Notes: generated from the letters alone by a model not told the origin. Shown: positions 21,028-31,608, counted from the first letter of the stretch. The stretch is DNA of 47,533 bases from Porticoccaceae bacterium (GCA_028822945.1 JAPKCN010000001.1:1-47533), one strand, 5' to 3'. Numbers and translations: made by a program.

Positions 21028-22488
21028 ATGCAGGATGCGCAGACGCTGCTTCCCTATGAGTTCGCCCGCACACATCGCCTGCTGCTAAACGCGAGCCAAG
21101 ACACTTTAGTGTTAGCGCCAAATGCGCCCTGCTGGGCGATTGCCGAGGTTGGCCGCCGCTTCCCGCAGGCCGCCAATGTCAGCGCAGTAGATGATCAGTG
21201 CTTCGATAGTTTACTCAGTGAGCTCTACAGCGGCAGACAAAATTCTTCCGAGTCTGTTATGGATGATATTAAGGATTTTGTCGATCTCGAATCTGCCGCC
21301 GCTGAATTGGAAGAGGCTGGAGATCTCCTCGATGCTGAAAATGATGCACCGATCGTGCGCTTGCTAAATTCTATTTTCGCTGAATCCCTGCGCGAGCGTG
21401 CCTCGGACATACACATTGAACCCTATGAAAAAAATGCCTTAGTGCGCTTTCGCTTAGACGGTGTGCTGCGCACGGTGCTCAGTCCGTCGGTGCAGATAAC
21501 GCCGTTGTTAGTGTCGCGTATCAAGGTGATGGCCAAGCTGGATATCGCTGAGAAACGCCTGCCCCAAGATGGTCGCATGAGCGTTAAATTGGGTGGTCGC
21601 AACATCGACCTGCGGGTCTCTACCATGCCCTCCAGCCACGGCGAGAGGGTGGTCATGCGTCTACTCGACAAGGAGGCAGGCAAGCTTCAGGTCGACGATC
21701 TCGGTATGCCCGCGGATACCAAGGCCGAGCTGGACGATCTTATTCAGCGTCCCCACGGGATTATTCTGGTTACAGGGCCGACCGGTTCGGGTAAGACTAC
21801 CTCACTGTATGCGGCACTGCAGCAGATGGATCGCTCTGAACGCAATGTTATGACGGTCGAGGATCCAGTCGAATACGACCTGCCGGGCGTCAGTCAAACA
21901 CAGATCAATCTGCGTGCGGGTATGACCTTTGCGCGCGGTTTGCGGGCAATTCTACGCCAGGATCCAGATGTCATTTTGATCGGTGAAATTCGCGATGGCG
22001 AGACTGCCGAAATTGCCACTCAAGCGAGCCTGACAGGTCACCTAGTGTTGTCGACACTGCACACCAACACCGCCGCGGGAGCAATCACGCGCCTGCAAGA
22101 CCTTGGTGTAGATAGTTTTTTGTTGGCCTCGACGGTGCGCGGTATCATGTCGCAGCGCTTGTTGCGCTTGCTGTGTCGGCGTTGCCGCGAGGCAGTGCAG
22201 CCTAACGATTACCATCGCCAGCTATTAAAACTGCCCGACGGGGTGTTTATTTTTCAGGCGCGCGGCTGCGGCGAGTGCAACAACACTGGTTACACCGGTC
22301 GCCAAGCGCTATTTGAGTTGGTTACTGTGGATGCAGAGTTGCAAACGCTGATTCATGAAAATGCCGGTGAGTTAGAGCTCGAAGCCGCAGTTCGCAAGAC
22401 GGTACCAAGTATTCGCGACGCTGGCTTTAAATTAGTCGTCGATGGCGGCACAACCATCGAAGAAGTTCTTCGCGTGACAAGCGTTTAA
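21028..22488 (+). CDS. gspE: T2SS ATPase
   Basis: ASDIHIEP, Walker A GPTGSGKT, TVEDPVE, LRQDPD, His box and CRRC/CGEC zinc motif. Start trimmed to the ATG at 21028 (AGAGGA RBS). Confidence 0.96.
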   Translation: MQDAQTLLPYEFARTHRLLLNASQDTLVLAPNAPCWAIAEVGRRFPQAANVSAVDDQCFDSLLSELYSGRQNSSESVMDDIKDFVDLESAAAELEEAGDLLDAENDAPIVRLLNSIFAESLRERASDIHIEPYEKNALVRFRLDGVLRTVLSPSVQITPLLVSRIKVMAKLDIAEKRLPQDGRMSVKLGGRNIDLRVSTMPSSHGERVVMRLLDKEAGKLQVDDLGMPADTKAELDDLIQRPHGIILVTGPTGSGKTTSLYAALQQMDRSERNVMTVEDPVEYDLPGVSQTQINLRAGMTFARGLRAILRQDPDVILIGEIRDGETAEIATQASLTGHLVLSTLHTNTAAGAITRLQDLGVDSFLLASTVRGIMSQRLLRLLCRRCREAVQPNDYHRQLLKLPDGVFIFQARGCGECNNTGYTGRQALFELVTVDAELQTLIHENAGELELEAAVRKTVPSIRDAGFKLVVDGGTTIEEVLRVTSV

Positions 22489-22490
22489 GT

Positions 22491-23720
22491 ATGCCGGCCT
22501 TTGACTACGCAGCGTATAATCGTAGCGGTAAACTCCAAAGCGGGGTGATCGCCGCAGATTCGGAGCGGCACGCGCGGCGTCTGTTAAAAGAGCAAAAATT
22601 GCTGCCGTCGACGCTTAGTGAAGTCGGCCGTCAAACTGTCGACGAAAAAACTGACCGTTGGGCGCTGTTCGGTGGCCGCCGCGAAGCGCGGGTCGACAAT
22701 TTCGACTTGGCGCTGCTACTGCAGCAGCAAGCCATTTTGATTCAGTCAGGGCTGCCGCTCGAGGATGCCTTAAAAATGACTATCGAGCAGGCCGAGACCG
22801 ATGGCCAGCGACGCATGGTGCAGAGTTGGCGCAGCGAAATCGTCGAGGGGCGGAGCTTTTCCGAGGCGCTGCGACGCTCGCCCTATCAGATTCCCGAGAG
22901 CATTGTCGCCGGAATTGGCGTTGGCGAGGAGAGCGGTCACCTCCACGAGGTGCTCAGACGTCTCGCCGACGATATTGAGGGCAGCGCCGAAAATCGCAAA
23001 ACGGTTGCTCGCGCGCTGATTTATCCTGCGACACTGATGGCCACATCGCTGATCGTGATATCGATTATGATGATCTGGGTAGTGCCGAAGATCACCGCCA
23101 TTTTTATCAGCTCCAAACGCGAGTTACCGTTGATGACGCGCATTGTTATGGGCCTGAGTGATTTTACCCAAAACTACGGCATTTATTTGTTGAGCTTTGC
23201 GCTGCTGGCGTTTTTGGCTTTTAAGCAGTTATTGCGGGATGCTGATCGCCGCCGTCGCTGGCACCAAATACTCCTTAAAATGCCCGGGGTCGGGCGTTGG
23301 ATGCATATGGCCAACATAGCAGACTGGTCCCGTAGTTTGGGGGTGTTACTGTCGAATGGTGTGCCGGCGTTGGCAGCTCTCAAGATCTCCTCGGGTGTGG
23401 TCGAAAACCTTTATTTGCGCGCGAAAATGGAGGCAGTGACCGAGGCTATGCGCCAGGGGAGCACTTTACAAAAAGCTCTCGGCGACAACTTATCTGGCAG
23501 TGGTTTTTTGGTGCACATGGTAGGCAGTGGCGAGGCCTCTAGCGAACTCGATAAAATGCTTCTCAGAGTCTCGGAATACTATTCGGTGCGACTGAAAAAC
23601 GCGGTCGATGTATTTATGAAATTGATCAACCCAATTTTGATTGTTTTTATGGGCATGGTTATTTTGTCTGTGGTGGCGGCGGTTATGTTGCCGATCATGG
23701 ATATGAACAATATGATTTAA
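22491..23720 (+). CDS. gspF: T2SS inner-membrane platform protein
   Basis: MPAFDY start, SGLPLE, GEESG, LIYP and NGVP; two T2SSF repeats with three transmembrane segments. Confidence 0.94.
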   Translation: MPAFDYAAYNRSGKLQSGVIAADSERHARRLLKEQKLLPSTLSEVGRQTVDEKTDRWALFGGRREARVDNFDLALLLQQQAILIQSGLPLEDALKMTIEQAETDGQRRMVQSWRSEIVEGRSFSEALRRSPYQIPESIVAGIGVGEESGHLHEVLRRLADDIEGSAENRKTVARALIYPATLMATSLIVISIMMIWVVPKITAIFISSKRELPLMTRIVMGLSDFTQNYGIYLLSFALLAFLAFKQLLRDADRRRRWHQILLKMPGVGRWMHMANIADWSRSLGVLLSNGVPALAALKISSGVVENLYLRAKMEAVTEAMRQGSTLQKALGDNLSGSGFLVHMVGSGEASSELDKMLLRVSEYYSVRLKNAVDVFMKLINPILIVFMGMVILSVVAAVMLPIMDMNNMI

Positions 23721-23747
23721 CGGTTACAACAAACTGGAGTAAAAAGT

Positions 23748-24197
23748 ATGGATATACAGCGTCCTGCTATAGGTCGGCGACAGGCGGGATTTACCCTGAT
23801 TGAAATGATGGTGGTGGTGGTAGTTATTGGCCTATTGGCGGCGATGATTGGTCCGCGTCTTTTTAACCAGGTAGAAAAAGCTCAAAAAGTCCGCATCAAA
23901 CAGGATGTACGGGCCATCGAGAGTGCGCTCAAGTTTTACCGTTTAGACAACTTTCGCTACCCTTCGCAGAGCGAGGGACTAGCGGCGTTGGTCAGTGCGC
24001 CGGGTGGTTTGGCCCGTTGGAACGGCCCGTACCTTGAAGCGCTGCCTGAGGACCCCTTTCAACATCCCTATGAATACGCCAATCCTGGCACCCACGGCGT
24101 CGAAGTCGAGGTCTATACGCTCGGTGACAATCAGGTTGCTGGGGGCGAGGGGGTGGATACAGACTGGGGAAGCTGGAACGTCAAAGAGATTCAGTAG
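23748..24197 (+). CDS. gspG: T2SS major pseudopilin
   Basis: Prepilin site G|FTLIE, YRLDN.RYP, GL.ALV, WNGPY and GGEG.D.D. Confidence 0.96.
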   Translation: MDIQRPAIGRRQAGFTLIEMMVVVVVIGLLAAMIGPRLFNQVEKAQKVRIKQDVRAIESALKFYRLDNFRYPSQSEGLAALVSAPGGLARWNGPYLEALPEDPFQHPYEYANPGTHGVEVEVYTLGDNQVAGGEGVDTDWGSWNVKEIQ

Positions 24198-24217
24198 CCG
24201 CGAGAGGTACGCAGGCT

Positions 24218-24814
24218 GTGTCATTAAATCGCCGTTATACAGGGTTTACGCTGCTCGAAGTGCTGGCGGTGATCATCATCGTGGCGACGCTTTCCGGAAT
24301 GAGTTTACTCGCCATTAATCAGGCCTTTGATCGACGCTATGAAAGTCATGCCGATCAATTGCAAATGTGGCTGCAGCAACTCTCCGACTTGGCTGCGCTG
24401 AGTGGCGGTGCCTATGGCGTCGTGCACATCGGTGGTGAGGGCAACGGCGAGCTAGGGGACGATTCCCCAACCGCAGCCATACCCGAGCAGTTACAGGCGG
24501 TGGTTTACTATAAAAATAGCTGGTGGGTGGCGACTGAGCCGGCACCTTTCGGGCTGTCAAGCGAAGCCCAATTGCATTGGGATCTGCAGGGTGAATCGCA
24601 GTTTGCTGCGCGTCCCGAGCAGCTGTCGGCGATGTCATCTGCAGTTAATATCGATAAAGCGCAACCGATTCTGCCAGTTATTGCCCTATTGCCCGATGGC
24701 TATATGGATCCAGTGGCGCGTCTGAAATTGCGTTTCAAGGGTCATGATAATGTTTTTGAGTTGTTTTGGGACGATCGGGCTGCGCGGATTGAACTGCGTA
24801 GAAGCACTCCGTGA
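24218..24814 (+). CDS. gspH: T2SS minor pseudopilin H
   Basis: G|FTLLE prepilin site; position after gspG. Confidence 0.82.
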   Translation: MSLNRRYTGFTLLEVLAVIIIVATLSGMSLLAINQAFDRRYESHADQLQMWLQQLSDLAALSGGAYGVVHIGGEGNGELGDDSPTAAIPEQLQAVVYYKNSWWVATEPAPFGLSSEAQLHWDLQGESQFAARPEQLSAMSSAVNIDKAQPILPVIALLPDGYMDPVARLKLRFKGHDNVFELFWDDRAARIELRRSTP

Positions 24815-25200
24815 AGCGCCTATCGACGCGCGGATTTACCTTAATGGAGGTAGCCATAGCGCTGCTGATACTCAGCACTGTCCTGGTTAGTTCGCTGCAG
24901 TTGGTCAGCCAGTATGCCGACGAAAGGGTGCGCATGCGCGAGCGATTTTTAGCTAATCAAGTTGCCTGGAACCGACTTTTGGAACAGTATAAAACGGCGC
25001 AAAATTGGCCTTCTACCAGCGCTTCCAAGACGCGCAGGACCAAGGGTGTCGACCAACAGGCGGGACGCGACTGGCGTTGGCAGTTGCAGATTGAAGACGC
25101 CATGGGTCAAGACCTGTTGCGTTATCAGGTCGAGGTTTATGGCGCTGCCGCTGCGCGCCCGACAGCGACGCTCGCGGCATTTTTTGTCGATCGAAAATAA
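24811..25200 (+). CDS. gspI: T2SS minor pseudopilin I
   Basis: G|FTLME, A..VA.N.L and GRDWRW; GTGA overlap with gspH. Confidence 0.88.
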   Translation: MKRLSTRGFTLMEVAIALLILSTVLVSSLQLVSQYADERVRMRERFLANQVAWNRLLEQYKTAQNWPSTSASKTRRTKGVDQQAGRDWRWQLQIEDAMGQDLLRYQVEVYGAAAARPTATLAAFFVDRK

Positions 25201-25232
25201 CTCGCTAAAACTTGAGGCTATAGTAATACGGT

Positions 25233-25838
25233 ATGCATTTGGTTAAGCGACACAGTGGTTTTACTCTGATCGAGGTCGTGGTTTCATTGGCGCTCTTGGC
25301 AACTATGTCTGTCATGGCCTACCAGGCGCTGGCGGTGGTGTTGGACACCAATGAGCGCAGTCGTCAGCAACTTGCTGCACAGGCTAAATTGCAGCGAGCT
25401 TGGAGTATTATTGGTCGCGACTTGTGGCACCTGCGAAACCGCAGTTTTTCTGACGGCCTCGGCCAGATTGAACTGCCCTACCAAACTGACAGCAGTGATT
25501 TTGGTGTGCGCTTTAGCCGCGGTGGTGGGCCGATGTTGGCGGCCAACCCGACCGGTGTCAGCCGAGTCTACTACAGCCTTAACAATGAAGATCAGTTGTT
25601 GCGCACTACCTGGGCGATCACCGACTCGCCGCGTGACAGCGATGGCAGTGTCCGCGTGCTGCTCGACGGTGTCGAAGAGGTGTTATTTGAACAGCTCACC
25701 GACGATGGTTACAGCGCTAACTGGCCGCCTTTAGACGCTGGCGCTTCGGCCGCTCTGCCACGTATGATCAGGGTCAGTATAGCGCTGCAAGATGGCGGTC
25801 AGACATCGCGATTATATCCCGGAGTGAGTAGTGATTAG
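25233..25838 (+). CDS. gspJ: T2SS minor pseudopilin J
   Basis: G|FTLIE, LQRA..I.RDL, F.RGG, LLDGV and WPP...LPR. Confidence 0.88.
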   Translation: MHLVKRHSGFTLIEVVVSLALLATMSVMAYQALAVVLDTNERSRQQLAAQAKLQRAWSIIGRDLWHLRNRSFSDGLGQIELPYQTDSSDFGVRFSRGGGPMLAANPTGVSRVYYSLNNEDQLLRTTWAITDSPRDSDGSVRVLLDGVEEVLFEQLTDDGYSANWPPLDAGASAALPRMIRVSIALQDGGQTSRLYPGVSSD

Positions 25839-27039
25839 TCGCCGCTCACTCGCGCGGCGAGGAGCTGTGTCAGCGCAGCGCGGCGTCGCCCTGTTGGCCG
25901 CGTTGATATTGATGCTAGCGGTGGTTATGGTGCTCGGCAATATTTTTTATCGCCACCAGATCGACGTTTCGCACGCGGGATCTGCGGTGCACACCGATCA
26001 GGCGTTATTGTTGGCACTCAGTGTCGAGAGCTGGGCGCGCCAGCGACTATCTAGCCGGGTGGAACGTAATGGCCGACCGTTTAATACCGCAGACGTTGAC
26101 CACTCGGGTGAAACGTGGGCGCAGGCAGTGCCGATGTTGCCGGTCGAAGGTGGTATGATTCGTGGCTGCCTACAGGACTTGCAGGCGAAGATCAATATTA
26201 ACAATTTTGCTTGGTATGGCACGAATGGCGCTACCTTAGAGACTGAATTGTCGCCCGCCAATGACGCCCCTATGGGCACTGCGCGAGTCTGGCACAACTT
26301 GTTGGAATTGGCCGATCTGCCGGTTACTGGCGCGCGCAGTGCGACTTTGATTGACTGGCTAGATGCGGATGCTAACCTCATCAATTCCTGGGGTGCTGAG
26401 CAACCCGATTATGATGGTCTGCGGCGGGTGGTGGCCAACCGAACCGTTACAGATGCCAGCGAACTGGCTGCAGTAATCGGTTATGAGCTGCCCGAAGTGC
26501 AGTATTTACTGCCATTTATAACCGCCTTGCCGGTTACTATCACCGGTGCTCCGACGGGCGTTATAATACCGACTAAAATTAACATAAATACTGCGTCGGA
26601 GTCGATCTTACTGGCCCTTGGTGGATCTGTTGGAGAAGACTTTGTCGCGGCGGTTCTCGATGGCCGCGGACGCGGCAGTCACTTTAGTTCGGTTGAAAAT
26701 TTTTGGAGTAATCTCGACCAGCGACTGCTACTGACCCGCTCTCAAATAGAGCAGCGCTGGCCAAGCACGCTTTTAGATGTTCGCTCGGATTTTTTTCAGC
26801 TATATTTAGAGGTGCTGCTGGGTGACATTCATATTCAAGTAAAGAGTATAATCGATCTGCGTGGGTCCAAGCGCAAAGATCCCACGATATTGGCGCGGGA
26901 AATTGTCGTGGTGCCCAAGTTTTTGCCGGCCGCTGCGACTGAGAATCAACCCCTGTTGAGCGACGAAGCGGCAGATGGTGACGATCAACAGGACGATCTG
27001 TATCGGGTACAGACCGCCTGTGAAGTAATTGGAGTTTAG
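25831..27039 (+). CDS. gspK: T2SS minor pseudopilin K
   Basis: QRG|VALL (no Glu5), DLQAKININ, DWLDAD and ININTA. Confidence 0.9.
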   Translation: MISRRSLARRGAVSAQRGVALLAALILMLAVVMVLGNIFYRHQIDVSHAGSAVHTDQALLLALSVESWARQRLSSRVERNGRPFNTADVDHSGETWAQAVPMLPVEGGMIRGCLQDLQAKININNFAWYGTNGATLETELSPANDAPMGTARVWHNLLELADLPVTGARSATLIDWLDADANLINSWGAEQPDYDGLRRVVANRTVTDASELAAVIGYELPEVQYLLPFITALPVTITGAPTGVIIPTKININTASESILLALGGSVGEDFVAAVLDGRGRGSHFSSVENFWSNLDQRLLLTRSQIEQRWPSTLLDVRSDFFQLYLEVLLGDIHIQVKSIIDLRGSKRKDPTILAREIVVVPKFLPAAATENQPLLSDEAADGDDQQDDLYRVQTACEVIGV

Positions 27040-27043
27040 ATCC

Positions 27044-28147
27044 ATGAGTGCGTCGGTAGACCACCTTTACAATCTCGATAAGCGCTTTCGCGCTAGCGAT
27101 ATCTTGCAGCCGATGAGCCTGTGGGTGCCCTCCGACCGAGTCACTTTGCACCGTATCGAAGCGCCGACAGCGCCGCCGCGCAAGTGGCCAAGCCTGATTC
27201 CTTGGATGCTCGAAGAGCGTATTCTTGGCTCGGTCGACGATATGCATTTTGTGTTTGGCGCACGCGTGGAAAACGGGTGTATCGATGTCTACGCGGTAGA
27301 TCGTCAGGACATGCAAGAGTGGCAGCGGGTATCTGAAAACGCTGGTGTAGCTGCGCTTAAAATGGTGCCGGATTACTTGGTGCTGCCTTGGGAAGCGGGC
27401 CGAATTAGTGTCGGTTGGTATGCCGGTCGTTGTTTGGTGCGGCATTCTGCCAGCGAGGGATTTGCCGCGCAGCCGGAGTTGGCCTGGGCGATGATCGAGC
27501 GCTTGATGGAGGCCGAAAAAGTACCGCCGCGGTTATCGATTAGCGTTCCAGATGCCGACAGTATTCCATCGAACCTGCGTCTGCAGGCCGAGATCAACCA
27601 ATCGCAACCGGATTGGGAAATGGCTGAAATGCCGGCATCCGTTGACCTCATGAGTGGCGAGTTCAAAGCGCAGCAACAGAGATCGCCGACCCGTTTATGG
27701 CCGATCAACAGTGCTTTGGCGGCACTTGTGACGGTTCTTTTTACGGCTTATCTGTATTTGGCAACGGCTGCTTTGAGTGCTCAGCTGGCCGAGTTAGAGG
27801 ATCATTTGAGAACCACTTTTGGGCGGGTTTTTATTGGTGAAAAGGCCGCTGTCGAGGACCTTCGGTCGGTGGCGAGCCAACAGCTTGTGCGCCTCGCTGC
27901 GCAGCGAGCCAGTCTCGACAGCATGCCCCTTCGGGCCGTTATGGCGCTGGGTGAGTTGATGACCAACTGTGACTGTGATCTGCGATCGCTGACCACCGAT
28001 GGTGAGCAGATTGAACTCGAGGTGGAAAATGCGGGTAAAATGTCATCGCGAAAAATCGTGATACGAGGCTATACTTTAGATATGCAACGGCTGGGCGGCG
28101 ACGCAGACGCTTGGCGCCTGATCTTGACTGCCGAGGCGGCAGCGTGA
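27044..28147 (+). CDS. gspL: T2SS protein L
   Basis: Cytoplasmic actin-like domain (PWMLEE, VDDMHF, VPDYLVLP) and one transmembrane segment; position after gspK. ATG 27044 has GGAG upstream. Confidence 0.82.
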   Translation: MSASVDHLYNLDKRFRASDILQPMSLWVPSDRVTLHRIEAPTAPPRKWPSLIPWMLEERILGSVDDMHFVFGARVENGCIDVYAVDRQDMQEWQRVSENAGVAALKMVPDYLVLPWEAGRISVGWYAGRCLVRHSASEGFAAQPELAWAMIERLMEAEKVPPRLSISVPDADSIPSNLRLQAEINQSQPDWEMAEMPASVDLMSGEFKAQQQRSPTRLWPINSALAALVTVLFTAYLYLATAALSAQLAELEDHLRTTFGRVFIGEKAAVEDLRSVASQQLVRLAAQRASLDSMPLRAVMALGELMTNCDCDLRSLTTDGEQIELEVENAGKMSSRKIVIRGYTLDMQRLGGDADAWRLILTAEAAA

Positions 28148-28638
28148 AGCTAGGATTTTCGATCAGTCTTTGGTACGCCGGACTACAAGCCCGAGAGCGG
28201 CGCGCGATCGGTGTCGGTGCGCTGGTGGGGGTGTTGTCGCTGGTGTTTAGTGTCATCCAACCACACTGGCAGTTGTATCGCCAGTTAAGTATCGATGTCA
28301 ACGACCGCCGGGCCGACCTGGCGTGGTTGGCGGGCCAGGTCGCCGAGGTTGATCGGCTCCGAAGCAGTTGCTCGGGCAGGCCGGCGCAGAGTGGTTCCGA
28401 GCGAGATATTGTGAGCCTGTTAGTGCGCCGTAATCAGGTGCGTTTAATAGATTTTTCGACCGAACAAGGGCCGCTCTCGCTGCGTGTTTCAGCGGCTAGC
28501 GCCAATGATATTTTGGCGCTCTTGGGGCAGCTCGCTTGTGCCGAGTACAGTCTGACCAGTGTAATTATTGAGCGCCAAAATGATGCTGCCGGTAGTCTCA
28601 ATTATGAGGCGACTATAGGACTAAGACGTGTCGATTAG
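28144..28638 (+). CDS. gspM: T2SS protein M
   Basis: W..L..RER motif followed by a transmembrane segment and QP; GTGA overlap with the gspL stop. Confidence 0.78.
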   Translation: MKLGFSISLWYAGLQARERRAIGVGALVGVLSLVFSVIQPHWQLYRQLSIDVNDRRADLAWLAGQVAEVDRLRSSCSGRPAQSGSERDIVSLLVRRNQVRLIDFSTEQGPLSLRVSAASANDILALLGQLACAEYSLTSVIIERQNDAAGSLNYEATIGLRRVD

Positions 28639-28686
28639 ACGACCCTACAAACGCGGCTATTGGCGCGTTCGAACGAGGTACTCAGG

Positions 28687-29559
28687 ATGACTGCAGAATC
28701 TGCGCCAAGTTTGTTTTCGACGATGTCAGTGACTGCCCGTTGGCAGGCATTGCGAGGCCGTCCCAGCGATCTACTTCAAGTGGGGCTCAGCGCCCTATTG
28801 CTGTTAATTTTGTTGACGTTGCTGACCATAATTTTCCTCCAGATCGATAGGCCGCAGCCGCAACTACTTGCGGTACAGCGCGCGCAGCCGGCAGTGGTGC
28901 AGAACTGGAACTGGTTTCGCGGAACTCGCGACGCGCAGGTTGCCGTTCAAGCTGCACCAGAGCTTGCCGACATCAAAATTAATTCCGATCTGCTGGGGAT
29001 CTTAATCACCGCCAAAGTATCGACGGCTACACTCAAACACGCGGGGAAACCCGAGGCAGTTTACCTTCTTGGCGACGAGGTCAGCGCGGGTATAACCTTA
29101 GTTGAAATCGAGTCGCAGAGGATTGTGGTAGAGCAGAGCGGTGTGCGCAAGCAACTTTTATTGAAGCGGCCCGACTCGGTTATCGAGACCCAGTCGAGCG
29201 CTTCCGCTCGGGACCGTGATAGTGCTCCCACCCAGCAGGCCGGCTTTAGGTTGGCGAACATGTTTGGTGCAGTGCCGGTGAGCCTTGGCGGTGCCGTTGG
29301 CAGTTATGCATCAGGCTTTAAATTAAATGGATTGTCGCCAGAAATGCGTTCATTGGCAGATATCGAAGACGGCGATGTAGTGGTCGAGGTCAGCGGGTCA
29401 TCGGTGGAAGAGTTGATGAAGAACCCAGCTATTTGGATGAGTTACAGCGGACAGAGCAACTTGCCGGTGACGGTTATTCGCGGCGGCCGCGAAATCGTAA
29501 TCTATGTAAATGCCGCTAGTTTGTCGGCCAAAATGTTACCCCTGATGGGACAAAATTGA
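28687..29559 (+). CDS. gspC: T2SS protein C (TM, HR domain, PDZ-like C-terminus)
   Basis: Transmembrane segment; HR-like LLGIL...Y.LGDEV...L..I...RIVV; PDZ-like GDVVVEV...VTVIRGG; immediately before gspD. Start uncertain (28660, 28687 or 28723). Confidence 0.75.
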   Translation: MTAESAPSLFSTMSVTARWQALRGRPSDLLQVGLSALLLLILLTLLTIIFLQIDRPQPQLLAVQRAQPAVVQNWNWFRGTRDAQVAVQAAPELADIKINSDLLGILITAKVSTATLKHAGKPEAVYLLGDEVSAGITLVEIESQRIVVEQSGVRKQLLLKRPDSVIETQSSASARDRDSAPTQQAGFRLANMFGAVPVSLGGAVGSYASGFKLNGLSPEMRSLADIEDGDVVVEVSGSSVEELMKNPAIWMSYSGQSNLPVTVIRGGREIVIYVNAASLSAKMLPLMGQN

Positions 29560-31583
29560 TGAGACAAAAAGTAAAAAGGACGGGTTTACAATTGTCGCAG
29601 TGGATTGCCGAACGGCTGACTTACCTCAACGGTTGTGTTACGACCGGTTTGCTATCGCTAGCCTGCGTATTGCCCGTTGCTGCTCAGGATGAAGTACGTA
29701 TCAACTTCCGCGATGCCGATATTCGCAGCGTTATCGAGAGTGTCGCGGAAATAACCGGCAAGTCGTTTGTGTTGGACCCGCGCGTAAAAGGCAAGGTGAC
29801 CATCATCGCGCCGCAGCCAATTGACGGCAGCCTGCTCTACGAAGCGGTTTTGTCGGCAATTCAGGTGCAGGGTTTTCAGGCTGTACAAGATGGCGTGGTG
29901 ACGCGGATTATGCCCTTTAGCCAGGCGTTTAATTTCGCCGGTGGCGGTGGCGGCAACGAAATGAGCACCGAGGTTCTGAGCATCAAGCATGTGCAGGCGG
30001 CTACTTTGGTGTCAGTATTAAAACCCATGCTCAGTAATGGTGCGCGTTTGATGGCCTATGCGCCGAGCAATTACCTGGTGGTCTCGGATATAAAAACCAA
30101 TATAGCGCAGTTAAAACGCTTTATTAAACGCCTCGACGACCCAGATAGTTCAGCGGTCGAGGTGGTCAACTTAACGTATATTTCAGCGGCCGAGGCAGTA
30201 CACATCGCCGGTCAATTAAAACAGCTACAAAAGCAGGAATTGTCGCTGGTCGAGGATGGCTTAAACAACCGCATTATTGTCAGCGGTCCAGGGATTGCCC
30301 GTAGCGCTTTTAAAACTATGCTGCTGACATTGGATGTGCCGTCTACCAAACAGGGCAGTGTCGAGGTCATCTATCTCGATTATTTGCGTGCAGCTGAGAT
30401 CAAACCGGTCATCGATGGCATGCTTCAATCGGACACATTTTTGCGCCTAGCGGGTCAGTCTGGCGGCGACGGTAAAAGCAAGACTACCTATAAAATTGAG
30501 ATCGATGAACTCAATAATGCATTGATTTTAGCGGCGCCACGCGAGGTAATTCGCGAGGTCAACAACGTCATCAAGCAACTTGATCTGCCGCGACCACAGG
30601 TGTTGATTGAGGCGGTGATCGCCGAATTATCTGAGGACCAAGCTAGAGAGCTTAGCGCTCAACTGGTCTATTCGAGTAAGAACCGTGGCGCTTATCTAAG
30701 CAACTTTGACAGTGTTTTAAGCGGGTTGTTGGGGGCTACACTGGGTGGCAGCGACAACGCCTCGGCAACCACGATTATCAATCAGATTCCGAAAAAAGTG
30801 CTCGGTGTTGTCGGCGATTTTGACCGTGTTTCCGGTAAGGGAATGGGGCTGCTTGTGCAGGCGTTAAAGACTGATGGTGCTACCAAAATATTGTCGACGC
30901 CGTCAGTCGTTACGCTGGATAACGAGGAGGCGACCTTGACAGTTGGTGAGGAGGTGCCGTTTCAAACTGGCAGCTACACCAACAATAATAGTGGCAATTC
31001 TAACTCCAACCCGTTTACCACCATCAATCGCGAAGAGGTCGGAGTGATACTCAAGGTCAAGCCCCAGATCAGCAAGGGTGACGCGGTGCGCCTTGAGATC
31101 GAACAGGAGTCCTCCAAGGTTAAAGATGGTGGTACGGTCGGCTTGCAGACCACCACCAAAACTACTATGCAGACCAATGTGATGGTTCAGGACGGCGAAT
31201 TACTCGTGCTTGGTGGTCTAATCGAGGACACTGGTAAGGGTAGTGCCACCAGGGTGCCGCTATTGGGTGATATTCCCCTGTTGGGACGGCTGTTTCGCTC
31301 CACCGCAAAGAGTTCCAAACAACGTGTGACCATGATGTTTATCCGCCCGACTATCTTGCGCAGTCAGGAGGACGCGCGCAGCGTCACCAAGGGACGCTTT
31401 GACCACTTGATCACGCGTGATCTGGGTGGAGATAACCCGGGTTATTTGGCCCCTAAGCTAAAGAGCTTTGAGCCCATTGCCAAGGAACTCGATGCGGCTA
31501 AATTAGCAACCGCGCCCGAGGCTAGCTCCGAAGACGCTGCCGACGGTGATCTCGATGACCAAACTAAAGACTATAACCAATAG
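29559..31583 (+). CDS. gspD: T2SS secretin
   Basis: INFRDADI, DPRVKGKV, QVLIEAVI, LSTPS..TLDNEEA and VPLLGDIPLLG.LF. Confidence 0.96.
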   Translation: MRQKVKRTGLQLSQWIAERLTYLNGCVTTGLLSLACVLPVAAQDEVRINFRDADIRSVIESVAEITGKSFVLDPRVKGKVTIIAPQPIDGSLLYEAVLSAIQVQGFQAVQDGVVTRIMPFSQAFNFAGGGGGNEMSTEVLSIKHVQAATLVSVLKPMLSNGARLMAYAPSNYLVVSDIKTNIAQLKRFIKRLDDPDSSAVEVVNLTYISAAEAVHIAGQLKQLQKQELSLVEDGLNNRIIVSGPGIARSAFKTMLLTLDVPSTKQGSVEVIYLDYLRAAEIKPVIDGMLQSDTFLRLAGQSGGDGKSKTTYKIEIDELNNALILAAPREVIREVNNVIKQLDLPRPQVLIEAVIAELSEDQARELSAQLVYSSKNRGAYLSNFDSVLSGLLGATLGGSDNASATTIINQIPKKVLGVVGDFDRVSGKGMGLLVQALKTDGATKILSTPSVVTLDNEEATLTVGEEVPFQTGSYTNNNSGNSNSNPFTTINREEVGVILKVKPQISKGDAVRLEIEQESSKVKDGGTVGLQTTTKTTMQTNVMVQDGELLVLGGLIEDTGKGSATRVPLLGDIPLLGRLFRSTAKSSKQRVTMMFIRPTILRSQEDARSVTKGRFDHLITRDLGGDNPGYLAPKLKSFEPIAKELDAAKLATAPEASSEDAADGDLDDQTKDYNQ

Positions 31584-31608
31584 GAAATCACTACCGACGA
31601 CTGACGCT

